Positions 18,141 to 27,894 of a stretch of 64,000 nucleotides of DNA are shown here, piece after piece. Source of the DNA: Pseudomonadota bacterium (GTDB lineage: Bacteria > Verrucomicrobiota > Verrucomicrobiia > Limisphaerales > SXTU01); NCBI GenBank assembly GCA_009922615.1, contig RFVF01000016.1:10612-74611 (forward strand), given 5' to 3'. The notes beneath the pieces are model-generated. The model did no database searches. It saw only the letters and a list, made by a program, of their open reading frames with translations, and had not been told where the DNA came from. Both the position numbers and the translations under genes were made by a program. The first letter of the stretch is position 1, and each line of letters starts with the position of its first letter.

Positions 18141-19097
18141 ATGCCCCTCCTCGACATCCGCAACCTCCAGCTCGAATTCGGCACCGGCCGCGACGCCGTG
18201 CGCGCCGTGGACGGCGTGTCCTTCACTATTGCCGAGGGCGAGACGCTCTGCCTCGTGGGCGAGAGCGGCTGCGGCAAGAGCGTTTCCGCCCTGTCCATCG
18301 CGCGCCTCGTGCCCACGCCGCCCGCGCGCTACGTCGGCGGCGAAATTCTTCTCAACGGTTGCGACGTGCTGAAGATGGACCAGCGCGAACTCCGCTCCAT
18401 TCGCGGCGGCGTGGTGAGCTACGTCTTCCAGGAGCCGAGCGCCTCGCTCAATCCCGTCTTCCGCGTCGGTAACCAAATCAAGGAATCGCTCAAGCTCCAC
18501 CGCCCGCAGTTCGCCACCGACGACGAGGTCATCCGCCTGCTGAAACTCGTCGGCATCCCTGCGCCCGAGTCGCGCATCCGCGACTACCCGCACCAGATGT
18601 CCGGCGGCATGCAGCAACGCATCATGATTGCGATGGCGCTGGCCAGCGAACCGAAGCTCCTCGTGGCCGACGAGCCCACCACCGCGCTGGACGTGACCAT
18701 CCAGGCGCAAATCCTCGAACTGCTCCGCGACCTCAAGGCCCGCCTGCGCATGAGCATCCTGCTCATCACGCACAACCTCGGCATCGTGGGCGACATCGCC
18801 GACCGCGTGGCCGTGATGTATGCCGGGCAGATCGTCGAGCTGTCCCCTGCGCGCGCCCTGCTCCAGCGCCCGCTGCACCCCTACACGCAGGCCTTGATGA
18901 ACTCCGTGCCACAGCTCGGCCACGAGCTCGACCGTCTCCAAGCCATCCCCGGCAACGTGCCCAACCTCGGCCAGTTCCCCCGCGGCTGCCGCTTCCATCC
19001 GCGCTGCCCCAAGGCGCAGAGCGATTGCTCGCAGAAAGCGCCGGAGCTGGTGGAAGTCGAGCCGGGCCGGTGGGTCCGGTGTCCGTATTGGAAATGA
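18141..19097 (+). CDS. peptide ABC transporter ATP-binding protein (OppD/DppD-like)
   Basis: [32 protein letters not shown], and a C-terminal HPYTQAL plus CRFHPRC extension. Confidence 0.9.
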   Translation: MPLLDIRNLQLEFGTGRDAVRAVDGVSFTIAEGETLCLVGESGCGKSVSALSIARLVPTPPARYVGGEILLNGCDVLKMDQRELRSIRGGVVSYVFQEPSASLNPVFRVGNQIKESLKLHRPQFATDDEVIRLLKLVGIPAPESRIRDYPHQMSGGMQQRIMIAMALASEPKLLVADEPTTALDVTIQAQILELLRDLKARLRMSILLITHNLGIVGDIADRVAVMYAGQIVELSPARALLQRPLHPYTQALMNSVPQLGHELDRLQAIPGNVPNLGQFPRGCRFHPRCPKAQSDCSQKAPELVEVEPGRWVRCPYWK

Positions 19098-19135
19098 AGT
19101 TGGAGATTTCGTTTAGATACGATGCCTGACCGAGA

Positions 19136-19936
19136 ATGATAACCTTCAGCGAGCCAGCCGTAGAAGACTACGTGAGGGCGCTTGCAGAATTGCCCGAGAA
19201 GAACCGGGAGATTCTCGTGGCCCAATACACTTTCCCCGGACGCTCGGCATCTGCTCGGCAATTGGCTGCTGCGGTCGGCTACCAAGGTTACGGCGGAGCG
19301 AACAGCCTTTACGGCAACACGGCAAAGATGGTCTGTGAGTTCCTGCACTTGGAGAAGCCAAAGGAAGATGATTGGCCGCAGTGGTGGCCGACGCTCGCGG
19401 AGGGAGACGACAGTCACGCGGAATTCCACTGGGTGATGCGAAAGAAAGTGGCTGAAGCCTTGGAAAGGCTTGGCTGGGTCAGGAAGCCGTCTGTTGGCGT
19501 CACCATCTTCTCAGACGAATACTCGGACAGCGACGAATACTCCGAAGGTAAGCTGGTGTCCGTCAGGGTGAACATCTACGAGCGAAGTCGTAAAGGACGA
19601 GAAGCGTGCCTCCGGCATCACGGCGACCGGTGCGCTGTGTGCCAGTTTGATTTTAGCGCTGTTTATGGCTCAATCGGTGCCGGCTTCATCCACGTTCACC
19701 ATCTCAAGCCTTTGAGCGAAGTCGGCGAGCAGTATGTCCTCGACCCGCTGAACGACTTGAATCCAGTTTGTCCCAATTGCCACGCGATGCTTCACCGCCG
19801 CGAGCCACCGTTCACTATCGAAGAGTTGAAAGCTCAATTACTGAGGACTTCTACTAGTGTCGCAGACCGGGCGCAGCGCGTTGATAAGGTCCTCGCGAAG
19901 ATTCCAACCAAACCTCCACTACAGGGAGACGAATGA
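19136..19936 (+). CDS. HNH endonuclease (COG3183-like predicted restriction endonuclease)
   Basis: The C-terminus has [14 protein letters not shown] and [12 protein letters not shown] (CxxC / HH / CxxCH, a beta-beta-alpha-Me finger). Visibly more A/T-ending codons than its neighbours. Its stop overlaps the oppF start (ATGA). Confidence 0.8.
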   Translation: MITFSEPAVEDYVRALAELPEKNREILVAQYTFPGRSASARQLAAAVGYQGYGGANSLYGNTAKMVCEFLHLEKPKEDDWPQWWPTLAEGDDSHAEFHWVMRKKVAEALERLGWVRKPSVGVTIFSDEYSDSDEYSEGKLVSVRVNIYERSRKGREACLRHHGDRCAVCQFDFSAVYGSIGAGFIHVHHLKPLSEVGEQYVLDPLNDLNPVCPNCHAMLHRREPPFTIEELKAQLLRTSTSVADRAQRVDKVLAKIPTKPPLQGDE

Positions 19937-20898
19937 AACTCCTCGAAGTCAAAAATCTCAAAGTCCACTTCCCGGTCAAGCACGGGGTCTTCAGCCGTGT
20001 CAACGCATGGGTGAAGGCCGTGGATGACGTGAGCCTCACCGTCGCGCCGGGCGAGACCGTCGGCCTCGTGGGCGAGAGCGGTTGCGGCAAGACCACGCTG
20101 GGCCGCGCCATCATCCGCCTGCTGGAGCCGACGGGCGGCAGCGTCACGTTCGAGGGCGAGGACATCACCACGCTGGAGGGGGCGGCGTTGCGCGAGCGGC
20201 GGCGGCGCTTCCAGATGATTTTCCAGGACCCCGTCGGCTCGCTGAACCCGCGCATGACCGTCGGCCAGATCATCGGCGAGGCGTTGGACATCCACAAACT
20301 CGTGGCGGACGAGCAGGCGCGTGAGCAGCGCATCGGCAAGTTGCTCAGGGACGTGGGACTGGACCCGGTCCACGCGCAGCGTTACCCGCACGAGTTCAGC
20401 GGCGGCCAGCGTCAGCGCATCGGCATTGCGCGCGCGCTCGCGGTGGAGCCGAAGTTGATTGTCTGCGACGAACCGGTCAGCGCGCTCGACGTGTCCGTGC
20501 AGGCGCAGATCATCAACCTCCTGCAAGACCTCCAGCGCGAGCACGGTTTGGCCTATCTCTTCATCGCGCACGACCTCGCGGTGGTGGAGCACATCAGCCA
20601 TCGCGTCGTGGTGATGTATCTCGGCAAAGTCGTCGAGAGCGCCCCGTCGAAGAGCATCATCAACGCGCCGAAGCATCCCTACACGCAGGCGCTGCTCTCC
20701 GCCGTGCCCGTCGTGGACCCGGACTCGAAGCGCCAGCGCATCGTCCTGCCCGGCGACGTGCCTTCGCCCATCAACCCGCCCGGCGGTTGTCCCTTCCACC
20801 CGCGCTGTCCGGTGGCCGAGGCGCGGTGCAAGACGGAGGTGCCGGCGTTGCGCGAGGTGTCGGCCGGGCATTTCACGGCGTGTCATTTGGCGAAGTGA
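19933..20898 (+). CDS. peptide ABC transporter ATP-binding protein (OppF/DppF-like)
   Basis: [52 protein letters not shown]. Confidence 0.9.
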   Translation: MKLLEVKNLKVHFPVKHGVFSRVNAWVKAVDDVSLTVAPGETVGLVGESGCGKTTLGRAIIRLLEPTGGSVTFEGEDITTLEGAALRERRRRFQMIFQDPVGSLNPRMTVGQIIGEALDIHKLVADEQAREQRIGKLLRDVGLDPVHAQRYPHEFSGGQRQRIGIARALAVEPKLIVCDEPVSALDVSVQAQIINLLQDLQREHGLAYLFIAHDLAVVEHISHRVVVMYLGKVVESAPSKSIINAPKHPYTQALLSAVPVVDPDSKRQRIVLPGDVPSPINPPGGCPFHPRCPVAEARCKTEVPALREVSAGHFTACHLAK

Positions 20899-20911
20899 AC
20901 TGAAACTCACC

Positions 20912-21763
20912 GTGAGCGCATCGCTGCCAGCGTGGGTGAACGTGCTGCCGGATGAGGATTACCAGCACAGCTTCGGGCTCAAGGCAGGGAGTGCGGAAAA
21001 GTTTTTTGCGCGAACGGATCGACATGATGAACTGCTCGCGCAACGTCGCCACTGGCTGCGGAACAATCCTGAGCACTGTGCCGCGCTCCTGCCGGGGGCC
21101 GAGCCGTTGCTGGAGGAAACCATCGCGTTGGGACGACAGTGGAATTCGCTGCCGACGCGGTTCGTGTTCCCCGATGGAAATGCTTTCGCCCGCTGCCTCG
21201 CACTCGGTGAAGCGTGGGAGCCGGACTACGTGCTGTTGAAGCAAGACGCAGCAACCGGGCGGTTCCACTTGGTCGGCGGCTGCGTGTGTTTTCCGTCCTC
21301 GTGGCGCTTCGAGGAGAAAGTGGGCCAGCCGCTGGAAGTCATCCACACGCCGGTGCCGCACTTGAACGAGCAACTCGCGTCGCCCATCCACAACTTTCTC
21401 AGCCGCCTGAAGCCGGGCGTCGCGTGGTGTCGCGCGAACTGGGGCCTGAGCCGTTCACCCGAGTTGAATCAACATCCGGCGCGCGGCCTGCCGAAGCTCA
21501 CGCCGCCGCTGCGCGAGGACGAAGTCTGGCTGCGCGTGGAAGACCAAGCACTCGTTGCGTTGCCGGAGAGTCGGGGTGTGCTTTTTGGCATCCGCATGAC
21601 GGTGATTCCGCTCGCCGAGGTGAAGCGCCATCCCGCCGCCGTGCGCGGGCTCGCCCGCGCGTTGCGCACGATGCCGGACGCGATGCTCGAATACAAAAGC
21701 CTGCTGGCGGCGAAAGAGAATTTGCTTACCCTGCTTGAACATGATCTGGCGGTGTCATTCTGA
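20912..21763 (+). CDS. DUF3445-like protein (heme-dependent oxidative N-demethylase alpha-subunit family; tentative)
   Basis: 283 aa with a GTG start. VGGCVCFPSSWRFEEKVG, HTPVP and WCRANWGL resemble DUF3445 as I remember it. Confidence 0.45.
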   Translation: MSASLPAWVNVLPDEDYQHSFGLKAGSAEKFFARTDRHDELLAQRRHWLRNNPEHCAALLPGAEPLLEETIALGRQWNSLPTRFVFPDGNAFARCLALGEAWEPDYVLLKQDAATGRFHLVGGCVCFPSSWRFEEKVGQPLEVIHTPVPHLNEQLASPIHNFLSRLKPGVAWCRANWGLSRSPELNQHPARGLPKLTPPLREDEVWLRVEDQALVALPESRGVLFGIRMTVIPLAEVKRHPAAVRGLARALRTMPDAMLEYKSLLAAKENLLTLLEHDLAVSF

Positions 21764-22412
21764 AGGAGAAATTGCGTCGAATCCACAACCTGAAAGGTTG
21801 CAAAGGAAACCATCGCGATTGTTTCAGACCGCAGTGACGTGTGGCTTGCTACCACTAGTTTGTGGCGCAGCCATTCTCGGCGCTTGGCTCGCAACCCAGT
21901 GGGATTGGTTGATGTATGCCGGCATAGGCACTGTTGGCGGAGGTTTGGTGCTCTTTACTGGCGGGAGTGTTTGCTTGGTCATTCATGCCTGCCAGGTTTT
22001 GATCGATCGGCGCGGGACGCTTTCGCGCGAGTTGGTGAAGGTTTCTTTTTGTGCGCTGCTCCTGTTGGTAAACTTCCCTGCTGCCTACTTCTGCCTAGGC
22101 ACCGCCGCGCGAATCCAACAGCAATACACGGTCATTGCCACTAATTATTCCAGCGTTCGGGTGGAGAAGTTCGTAGTGACTGGCCCGGGAGTGAAGGTGG
22201 ACCTTGGCCCCATCAAGCCAGGGCACACTGTCAAACGCCACCTGGATTTTCGCGGCAGCGGGCCGTTGTTGTGTTTGGCCGAGCAAGAGGGAATCTCTAC
22301 AACGGCCAAACTGGAAGAGCTTGTGGACAACAGCTTCAGATCCTACAAGCGAATCCAGATTCCTCAGAAGGGAGTGATTTCGGTTACGCCCACCGAACAC
22401 CTTCGCGACTGA
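21735..22412 (+). CDS. hypothetical membrane protein (4 predicted TM helices plus a beta-rich C-terminal domain)
   Basis: Intact ORF with hydrophobic segments (LLPLVCGAAILGAWL, GGGLVLFTGGSVCLVI, FCALLLLVNFPAAYFCL). Codon usage is markedly A/T-ending compared with flanking genes. Confidence 0.5.
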   Translation: MNMIWRCHSEGEIASNPQPERLQRKPSRLFQTAVTCGLLPLVCGAAILGAWLATQWDWLMYAGIGTVGGGLVLFTGGSVCLVIHACQVLIDRRGTLSRELVKVSFCALLLLVNFPAAYFCLGTAARIQQQYTVIATNYSSVRVEKFVVTGPGVKVDLGPIKPGHTVKRHLDFRGSGPLLCLAEQEGISTTAKLEELVDNSFRSYKRIQIPQKGVISVTPTEHLRD

Positions 22413-22418
22413 CCATGG

Positions 22419-23594
22419 TCACTCCGAAACCTCCTCCGTCGTCGGCGTCGCTGGTTTCGCCTTCCGGCCGAGCGGCACCTCCGTCCCCAGCATCACAACA
22501 CTCACGGCGATGAGCGCGGTGCACATCCAGGCCATGTTCGTCATGCCCATCGTGCCGACGAGGTGGAACGCGATGAGCGGCGCGGCCACGCCCCGCACGC
22601 CGGTGAAGAAGGTGTGCACGCTCATGTAGTCGGCCACGCGCTCGGGCGGCGCAAACTTCGTCACCCACAGACTCCACGCCACGTCGCCGCCGGCGTTGGA
22701 CACGCCGAAGATGACCGCGCCCAGCGCCAACCCTGCGTAGCTGTCACTCACGAAGAACGACAGGATGCCCAGCGCGAAGCCGACGTTGAGCACCGCACGC
22801 AACGTAAAGAAATTCATCCGGTCGAAGAGCCAGCCCCAGACCGGGCTGCATACAAGTCGAGCTGCGTTGGGAATGACGCCGACGAAGAGCGCGACCATCG
22901 TCACGTCCAGCTTGAGGCCGTAGCGTTCGTTGGCGAGATACTCGACGCGCAGCGGATACATCATGAGGTTGCCCATGCCCATGAACATCCACGAGATGAG
23001 CGTGAGCCGAAACAGCCGGTCCTCGCGCGCGTAATGCAGCGCGCGCAACGGATGCGTGCCCGCGCTGGCTGTGAGCGGCTCCGAGGGAATCCGCGACTGG
23101 CACCACGCGCCGAACGCGAACGCCGCGGCGAAGAACAGCAGCAAGGCACGGAAGTATTCCAGATGCACCGCGAGCAGGCGGCCGCCCAGTTCGTTGGCCA
23201 GCGCGGCCATGCCGATGCGGACGACCATCGCCTTGGAGAACAGCCGACCGCGCTCCATCGGCGGATAGTTCGTCTGGTAAACCTGCGTCATCAACGGGAT
23301 GGCCGCCGAAGCGCACGTCGTGGCGATGACGCTGCCGAGCACGTAGAGCGGCAGGCCCGGCGCGAACACTGCCAGCAACAGCGCTCCCGCGCCGACGAAA
23401 CCAACCCGTGAGGCCGCCTGCGCCACGGGCCAGCCGAGCTGGGTGGCGCGGTTCACGACGAACGGGCTGATGAGATGCCCCACGCTGCCGCCGGCGGCGA
23501 TGAGCGCCTTGGCCGTCGGCCCCGCATTGAAGTGTCGCACGGCTATGAGCAGGAGAAACGTTGTGCCCGCCGCCTCCATGATGCCCGTGGTCAC
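22419..23594 (-). CDS. MFS transporter
   Basis: About 12 hydrophobic helices with a loop resembling the MFS TM2-TM3 motif (GHLISPFVVNRATQLGW). The start is ambiguous (ATG 23579, GTG 23594, ATG 23756). The 763-aa ORF to 24710 is a chimera with antisense sequence. Confidence 0.75.
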   Translation of the reverse strand: MTTGIMEAAGTTFLLLIAVRHFNAGPTAKALIAAGGSVGHLISPFVVNRATQLGWPVAQAASRVGFVGAGALLLAVFAPGLPLYVLGSVIATTCASAAIPLMTQVYQTNYPPMERGRLFSKAMVVRIGMAALANELGGRLLAVHLEYFRALLLFFAAAFAFGAWCQSRIPSEPLTASAGTHPLRALHYAREDRLFRLTLISWMFMGMGNLMMYPLRVEYLANERYGLKLDVTMVALFVGVIPNAARLVCSPVWGWLFDRMNFFTLRAVLNVGFALGILSFFVSDSYAGLALGAVIFGVSNAGGDVAWSLWVTKFAPPERVADYMSVHTFFTGVRGVAAPLIAFHLVGTMGMTNMAWMCTALIAVSVVMLGTEVPLGRKAKPATPTTEEVSE

Positions 23595-23765
23595 GGCGCG
23601 CAGGCGCTCGTAGTGAAACGTGACTTGGGTGTGTTGCAGCGACACGCACCGAGAGTGCGGGAAAGGCGGAGCGGAGAGAAGCGCCCAATGCGCGCCGGCG
23701 AACGCGCGGCGCGGCACTTCATTTCGCAGGTTGATGCAGTGCCGCGTTGCCGGCATGATCCGCGC

Positions 23766-24758
23766 ATGATTCGCACCACTCTGCTCTTGGCTGGATGCTG
23801 CATGGCTTTCGCCACTCCGATTTTCTCCGCTGATCCGCCAGCGAAAACTGACACTAAACCCAAAGTCCCCGCCAAACCTGCCGAGCCGCAGCGCGCACCC
23901 ACGCAGGCGAACGTCCCCTACGGCACGCACGAGCGGCAGGTGCTGGACTTTTACCGCGCGGAGTCTGCCACACCTACGCCGGTCGTCTTCCACATCCACG
24001 GAGGCGGCTGGGTCGCGGGCGACAAGAAAGGTGTCGCTGGTATGGAGAAGTATCTTGCGGCGGGCATCTCGGTCGTCTCCATCAACTACCGCTACAGCAC
24101 GCAGGCGCAGCTCGCCGGCGTGAAGCCGCCCGTCGAGTGGCCCATCCACGACGCCGCGCGGGCGCTGCAATTCGTGCGCAGCAAGGCGAAGGAATGGAAC
24201 CTCGACAAGCAACGCATCGGTGCCACTGGTGGCAGCGCGGGCGCGTGTTCGAGCCTGTGGCTCGCCTTCCACAACGATCTCGCCGACGCTAAGAGCACCG
24301 ATCCCGTTGCGCGCGAATCCACGCGGCTGTGGTGCGCGGCGGTCATCGGCGCGCAGACTTCGCTTGATCCGATTCAACTCAAGGAATGGACGCCCAACAG
24401 CCGTTACGGCGGCCACGCGTTTGGGTTCATGCCGGACCCCAAGGACAACAAGACGCGCGACACGCAGTTCGCCGCGTTCCTCGCCGGGCGCGAGTCCGTG
24501 CTGCCGTGGATCAAGGAGTATTCGCCCATCGAGCACGTGACGGCCGACGATCCGCCGATCTGGATGATCTACTCCACACCGCCCGCGCTGGGCCAGGAGC
24601 AGAAAGACCCGACGCACACGGCCAATTATGGCGTGAAGCTCCAGGAGAAGTGCAAAGCCATCGGCGTCGAATGCGAACTCGTCTATCCCGGCGCGCCCGA
24701 TGTGAAGCACCCGAAGGTCGAGGACTACCTCATCACGAAACTCAAGGCGCAGCGGTAA
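23766..24758 (+). CDS. secreted alpha/beta hydrolase (esterase/lipase, HGGG type)
   Basis: Signal peptide MIRTTLLLAGCCMAFATPIFSA, oxyanion HIHGGGW and nucleophile GGSAGA. Confidence 0.8.
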   Translation: MIRTTLLLAGCCMAFATPIFSADPPAKTDTKPKVPAKPAEPQRAPTQANVPYGTHERQVLDFYRAESATPTPVVFHIHGGGWVAGDKKGVAGMEKYLAAGISVVSINYRYSTQAQLAGVKPPVEWPIHDAARALQFVRSKAKEWNLDKQRIGATGGSAGACSSLWLAFHNDLADAKSTDPVARESTRLWCAAVIGAQTSLDPIQLKEWTPNSRYGGHAFGFMPDPKDNKTRDTQFAAFLAGRESVLPWIKEYSPIEHVTADDPPIWMIYSTPPALGQEQKDPTHTANYGVKLQEKCKAIGVECELVYPGAPDVKHPKVEDYLITKLKAQR

Positions 24759-25016
24759 AGCTGCGGGACTGTGTGATTCAGGAGCGGTAATTCCCCACGT
24801 CAGGTGCGCATGAGACCGGGGTGGAATTTACCTTGAATTGACGGGCGGGGTTCGCTTGCGTAGTCGCCAGTGAAACGCCTCCTGCTCAAGGTCTATCCCC
24901 TGCTTGTGGCGTTGGCAGCGATGGCGCCGCTGCTCTGGGTCATGGACCATGATGCCAGCGTGCCCGGGACGCCAACGCCGTTCCAGTGGCTGTAGTGGCA
25001 GACGCACGACTGGCGG

Positions 25017-27071
25017 GTGAGGTGGAACTTCCGCCGTGAGGTGCCCACGGCGGCGACCAACTTCGCGGTAATCCTCATCGATGATCAAACGTCCGCCTAC
25101 CTGTCCAAGGCGATTGCCAACGATGCGCCGCGCTGGCCGTTCAGCCACCTGTATCACGGGAAGCTGGTGGAGGAGTTGAAGCAGCAGGGCGTGGCGGCGG
25201 TGGCGTTCGATGTTTTTTTTGGCACCCCGGATGACTGTCAACAGCTTCGCTTGCGCAGTGGGGGCACGACCACCGGTCAACAGTTTTTGGCGAACCAACT
25301 GCACGAGGCCAACAACGTAATTCTCCATGTCGGCCAGCAGTCGGCAGCAGATCGGGCGGTTCAACTCCCCGTGACTCAACTGGCCACCAACGCGTTGGCG
25401 GTCGGGAATGCCTATGCGTTTTCGGACCGAGACGGCGTCATCCGGCGCTTTCCACCCTTCGTGGATGCGCCTGCCCAAGGTCGTTTCTGGGCGATGGGTT
25501 TTTTGCTGGCGGCGCACCGGCTGGGCTTGGATTTGCGACGCGCGCAGGTCGAAGCCAGCCGGTTGGTGCTGCCAGGAACCAACGGCGTGGGGCGTGAAGT
25601 GCCGCTGAATCGGAAGGGAGATTCCTATCTGGACTGGGGTGTTTATCCCGACCGCAAGGCCCCGCTCTCGCGGCAGCTACAGGTGGTGAAATTCGTGGAC
25701 GTGTTCAACTGCATCCGCCAGCGTGACCGGGGTGAAGTGCCGTTCAATCTGGAGTTAAGTAACAAGCTGGTGGTCGTGGGGGCCGGGGGGACAGGAGTTA
25801 ACCTCAACGACCAAGGCCCCACCTCGCTGGCCCGGATTACGTTGCGCTGCATCACTCACATCAACGTGGCCAACGCCTTGCTGACCGATCGCTTCGTGCA
25901 GCGGCTTCCCCTGCCGTGGGAGCGCGCAGTTGTCTTTTCGTTTGTGCTCTTCGCCACCCTGGCTGGCTGGCGGTTGCGCACGCTGTGGGCCACGATCGCC
26001 GTGTTGGTGCTGGCGGGTGTGTATGTGGGGTTGTCGTTCTGGGTGTATGCGGAACACCGGTATCTGCTGCCGGTGGCGTTGCCGGTCGTCGGAGCACTGT
26101 TGGCCACGCATCTGGTGATGAGCACCGGCCGGGAGGTGGAAAACGCGGACCGTCGGCGCTTGGAGCGGCTCCTGAAGAAAGTCGTTTCCCCCAAGGTCAT
26201 TGACGCGCTGCTGGAGCAGGCTTGGCCGGCGCCACAAACGCGTCGGATGGAAATCACCGTGCTGTTCGCGGATTTGCGAGGCTTCACGCACTTTGCCGAG
26301 GAATCGCAAAACCGGGCCGAGGCAATCGCCCGTGAACTCGCGATGTCGTCCGCCGAGGCGCGGGCTCTCACCGATGAGGCGGCCCGAGAGGCGATGTCCA
26401 GCGTTAACCGCTATCTCGCTGCCGCCGTGGACGAGATCAAGGCGACCGACGGCACGCTGGACAAATACATGGGCGATTGCGTGATGGCTTTTTGGGGTGC
26501 TCCCATCGAGGAGTCGAGCCATGCGGCGCAGGCGCTCAAATGCGCTGCCGCCATCCAGCAGGCGGTGGAGCGAATCAACCGCGCGAACGCGGCGGAAAAT
26601 GATTTCCACCTCGCGGAGAACAAGCTGCGGACGCAGAAGCGGCTGCCGCCCCGGCCAATGCTGCCGGTGTTGACTTTTGGGGTCGGCGTGAACTCCGGGC
26701 TGGCGATTGTCGGATTCATGGGTTCGGAAGAACATTTGTCGAGCTACACGGTCTTTGGCCATGTCGTGAACGTGGCGAGCCGGCTCGAGGGGCTCGCCCG
26801 CGGCGGGCAAATCCTGCTGACCGAACAGGCCGTGCTGACGGCGGCGCGCAACGACGCCCGGATCATGGATCGCTGCACGCGCCGCGAGGCTTTGATGCTC
26901 AAAGGCATGACCGCCGAGGTGAACATTTTCGATTTCCGGTGGAAGGACGGCTCCTTGGCCCCCACCGGCAAACCGTCGGCATGGTTTACCTGCACAGCTT
27001 CTGGTCGCAGCCAAAACGAGGTGCGGCGGGCGAGGACAAGGACATCGGCCTCAAGGATTTTGAGGCCATGA
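25017..27071 (+). CDS. CHASE2 sensor / class III adenylate-guanylate cyclase, as annotatable from GTG 25017 (see the finding on the upstream in-frame TAG)
   Basis: CHASE2-like VILIDDQTSAYL, WPFSHLYHGKLVEELKQQGVAAVAFDVFF; three TM helices; cyclase core VLFADLRGFT, MGDCVMAFWGAP, GVNSGLAIVGFMG, YTVFGHVVNVASRLE. Confidence 0.85.
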   Translation: MRWNFRREVPTAATNFAVILIDDQTSAYLSKAIANDAPRWPFSHLYHGKLVEELKQQGVAAVAFDVFFGTPDDCQQLRLRSGGTTTGQQFLANQLHEANNVILHVGQQSAADRAVQLPVTQLATNALAVGNAYAFSDRDGVIRRFPPFVDAPAQGRFWAMGFLLAAHRLGLDLRRAQVEASRLVLPGTNGVGREVPLNRKGDSYLDWGVYPDRKAPLSRQLQVVKFVDVFNCIRQRDRGEVPFNLELSNKLVVVGAGGTGVNLNDQGPTSLARITLRCITHINVANALLTDRFVQRLPLPWERAVVFSFVLFATLAGWRLRTLWATIAVLVLAGVYVGLSFWVYAEHRYLLPVALPVVGALLATHLVMSTGREVENADRRRLERLLKKVVSPKVIDALLEQAWPAPQTRRMEITVLFADLRGFTHFAEESQNRAEAIARELAMSSAEARALTDEAAREAMSSVNRYLAAAVDEIKATDGTLDKYMGDCVMAFWGAPIEESSHAAQALKCAAAIQQAVERINRANAAENDFHLAENKLRTQKRLPPRPMLPVLTFGVGVNSGLAIVGFMGSEEHLSSYTVFGHVVNVASRLEGLARGGQILLTEQAVLTAARNDARIMDRCTRREALMLKGMTAEVNIFDFRWKDGSLAPTGKPSAWFTCTASGRSQNEVRRARTRTSASRILRP

Positions 27072-27756
27072 CATGGCTCGTGAGCGCGCTGCAGGCACGG
27101 CGACACGGTCGGATCCGGATGCTCACCGATGCGCGCGGCCTGCGGTTTTTGCGGCGGACCGGGCTGGAGTGGATTTACAACGGCGGCGTCTCCACCGCGC
27201 TGGACGACACGCCCGCCGACATCCACCCCAAGGTTTTCTGGACGGCCGGTCGAATGTTTGCGTTTGCCTTGATGGATGAGCCGTTCGCCAGCGTGGACAC
27301 GGATGCGATCTTGTGGCAGCCGTTGGCAGCGACCGGGCAGGTGCTGGCGCTGCATCACGAGGATCGGCGCAGGGTGTCATACGCGAGCAACCGCGCCAAT
27401 TTTGAGCGGTCCGGCTTCACCGGTCCGGGGTGGAACTGGCGCCTGCAACCGGTGAATCTGGGCGTCGTCGCATTCCCCTCGCCGACGGCGGCAAGCTCAG
27501 CAACGGCAGCCCCATCAACGGCAATCAAGTCCTCACCCTTGGGCCCAAGACGCTCGCGGGTGTCTGCGCGGCCCCCGGCGGCAAGCGCTTCATCCTCATG
27601 GAGCGAAAGGCTTTCGGCCCCACCAGCATCAAAACCCGTCACCCCATGGTGAAACTGGGTGGTTCGCTCGTCAGCCTCCGCAAGGACAAGACCCTGGGCA
27701 TTGTCAGCCTGGTGCTCGCCGGTCGCACAAAGCACCCGCGCCATCTGGGCAGGTGA
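26981..27756 (+). pseudogene. conserved hypothetical gene with a frame switch near 27466-27472 (N-terminus resembles DUF6734-type proteins; tentative)
   Basis: MVYLHSFWSQPKRG runs to NLGVVAF in one frame. G/C-ending codon bias then moves to the frame of ORF 27430..27756 (IPLADGGKLSNGSPING to GIVSLVLAG), which ends just before a terminator. Confidence 0.5.
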
Positions 27757-27787
27757 GCGTGAAACTGTAATCCGTTCCTCCTCTTTT

Positions 27788-27827
27788 CCCGGCGTCTGGT
27801 CGCAAACCAGTCGCCGGGATTTTTCTT
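27788..27827 (+). terminator. rho-independent terminator (+ strand)
   Basis: cccggcgtctggt / cgcaa / accagtcgccggg pairs at 12 of 13 positions and is followed by atttttctt. Confidence 0.8.
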
Positions 27828-27894
27828 CCTGGGGATCAGCGGCGAAACCTCAAACCGATGCCGCCGCGTGAACTGCGTGCGTCGAATCCCCGGG

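Noticed and set aside
19834-20910. 358-aa minus-strand ORF
   Set aside because: It is antisense to the OppF-like ATPase.
22419-24710. 763-aa minus-strand ORF suggesting a giant fusion protein
   Set aside because: Only the C-terminal roughly 390-445 residues are an MFS transporter. The N-terminal part is antisense to a well-supported secreted esterase on the + strand (23766..24758) and has shadow-ORF composition.
24828-25517. 229-aa minus-strand ORF upstream of and overlapping the cyclase gene
   Set aside because: It is antisense to the CHASE2 coding region and shows no motifs.
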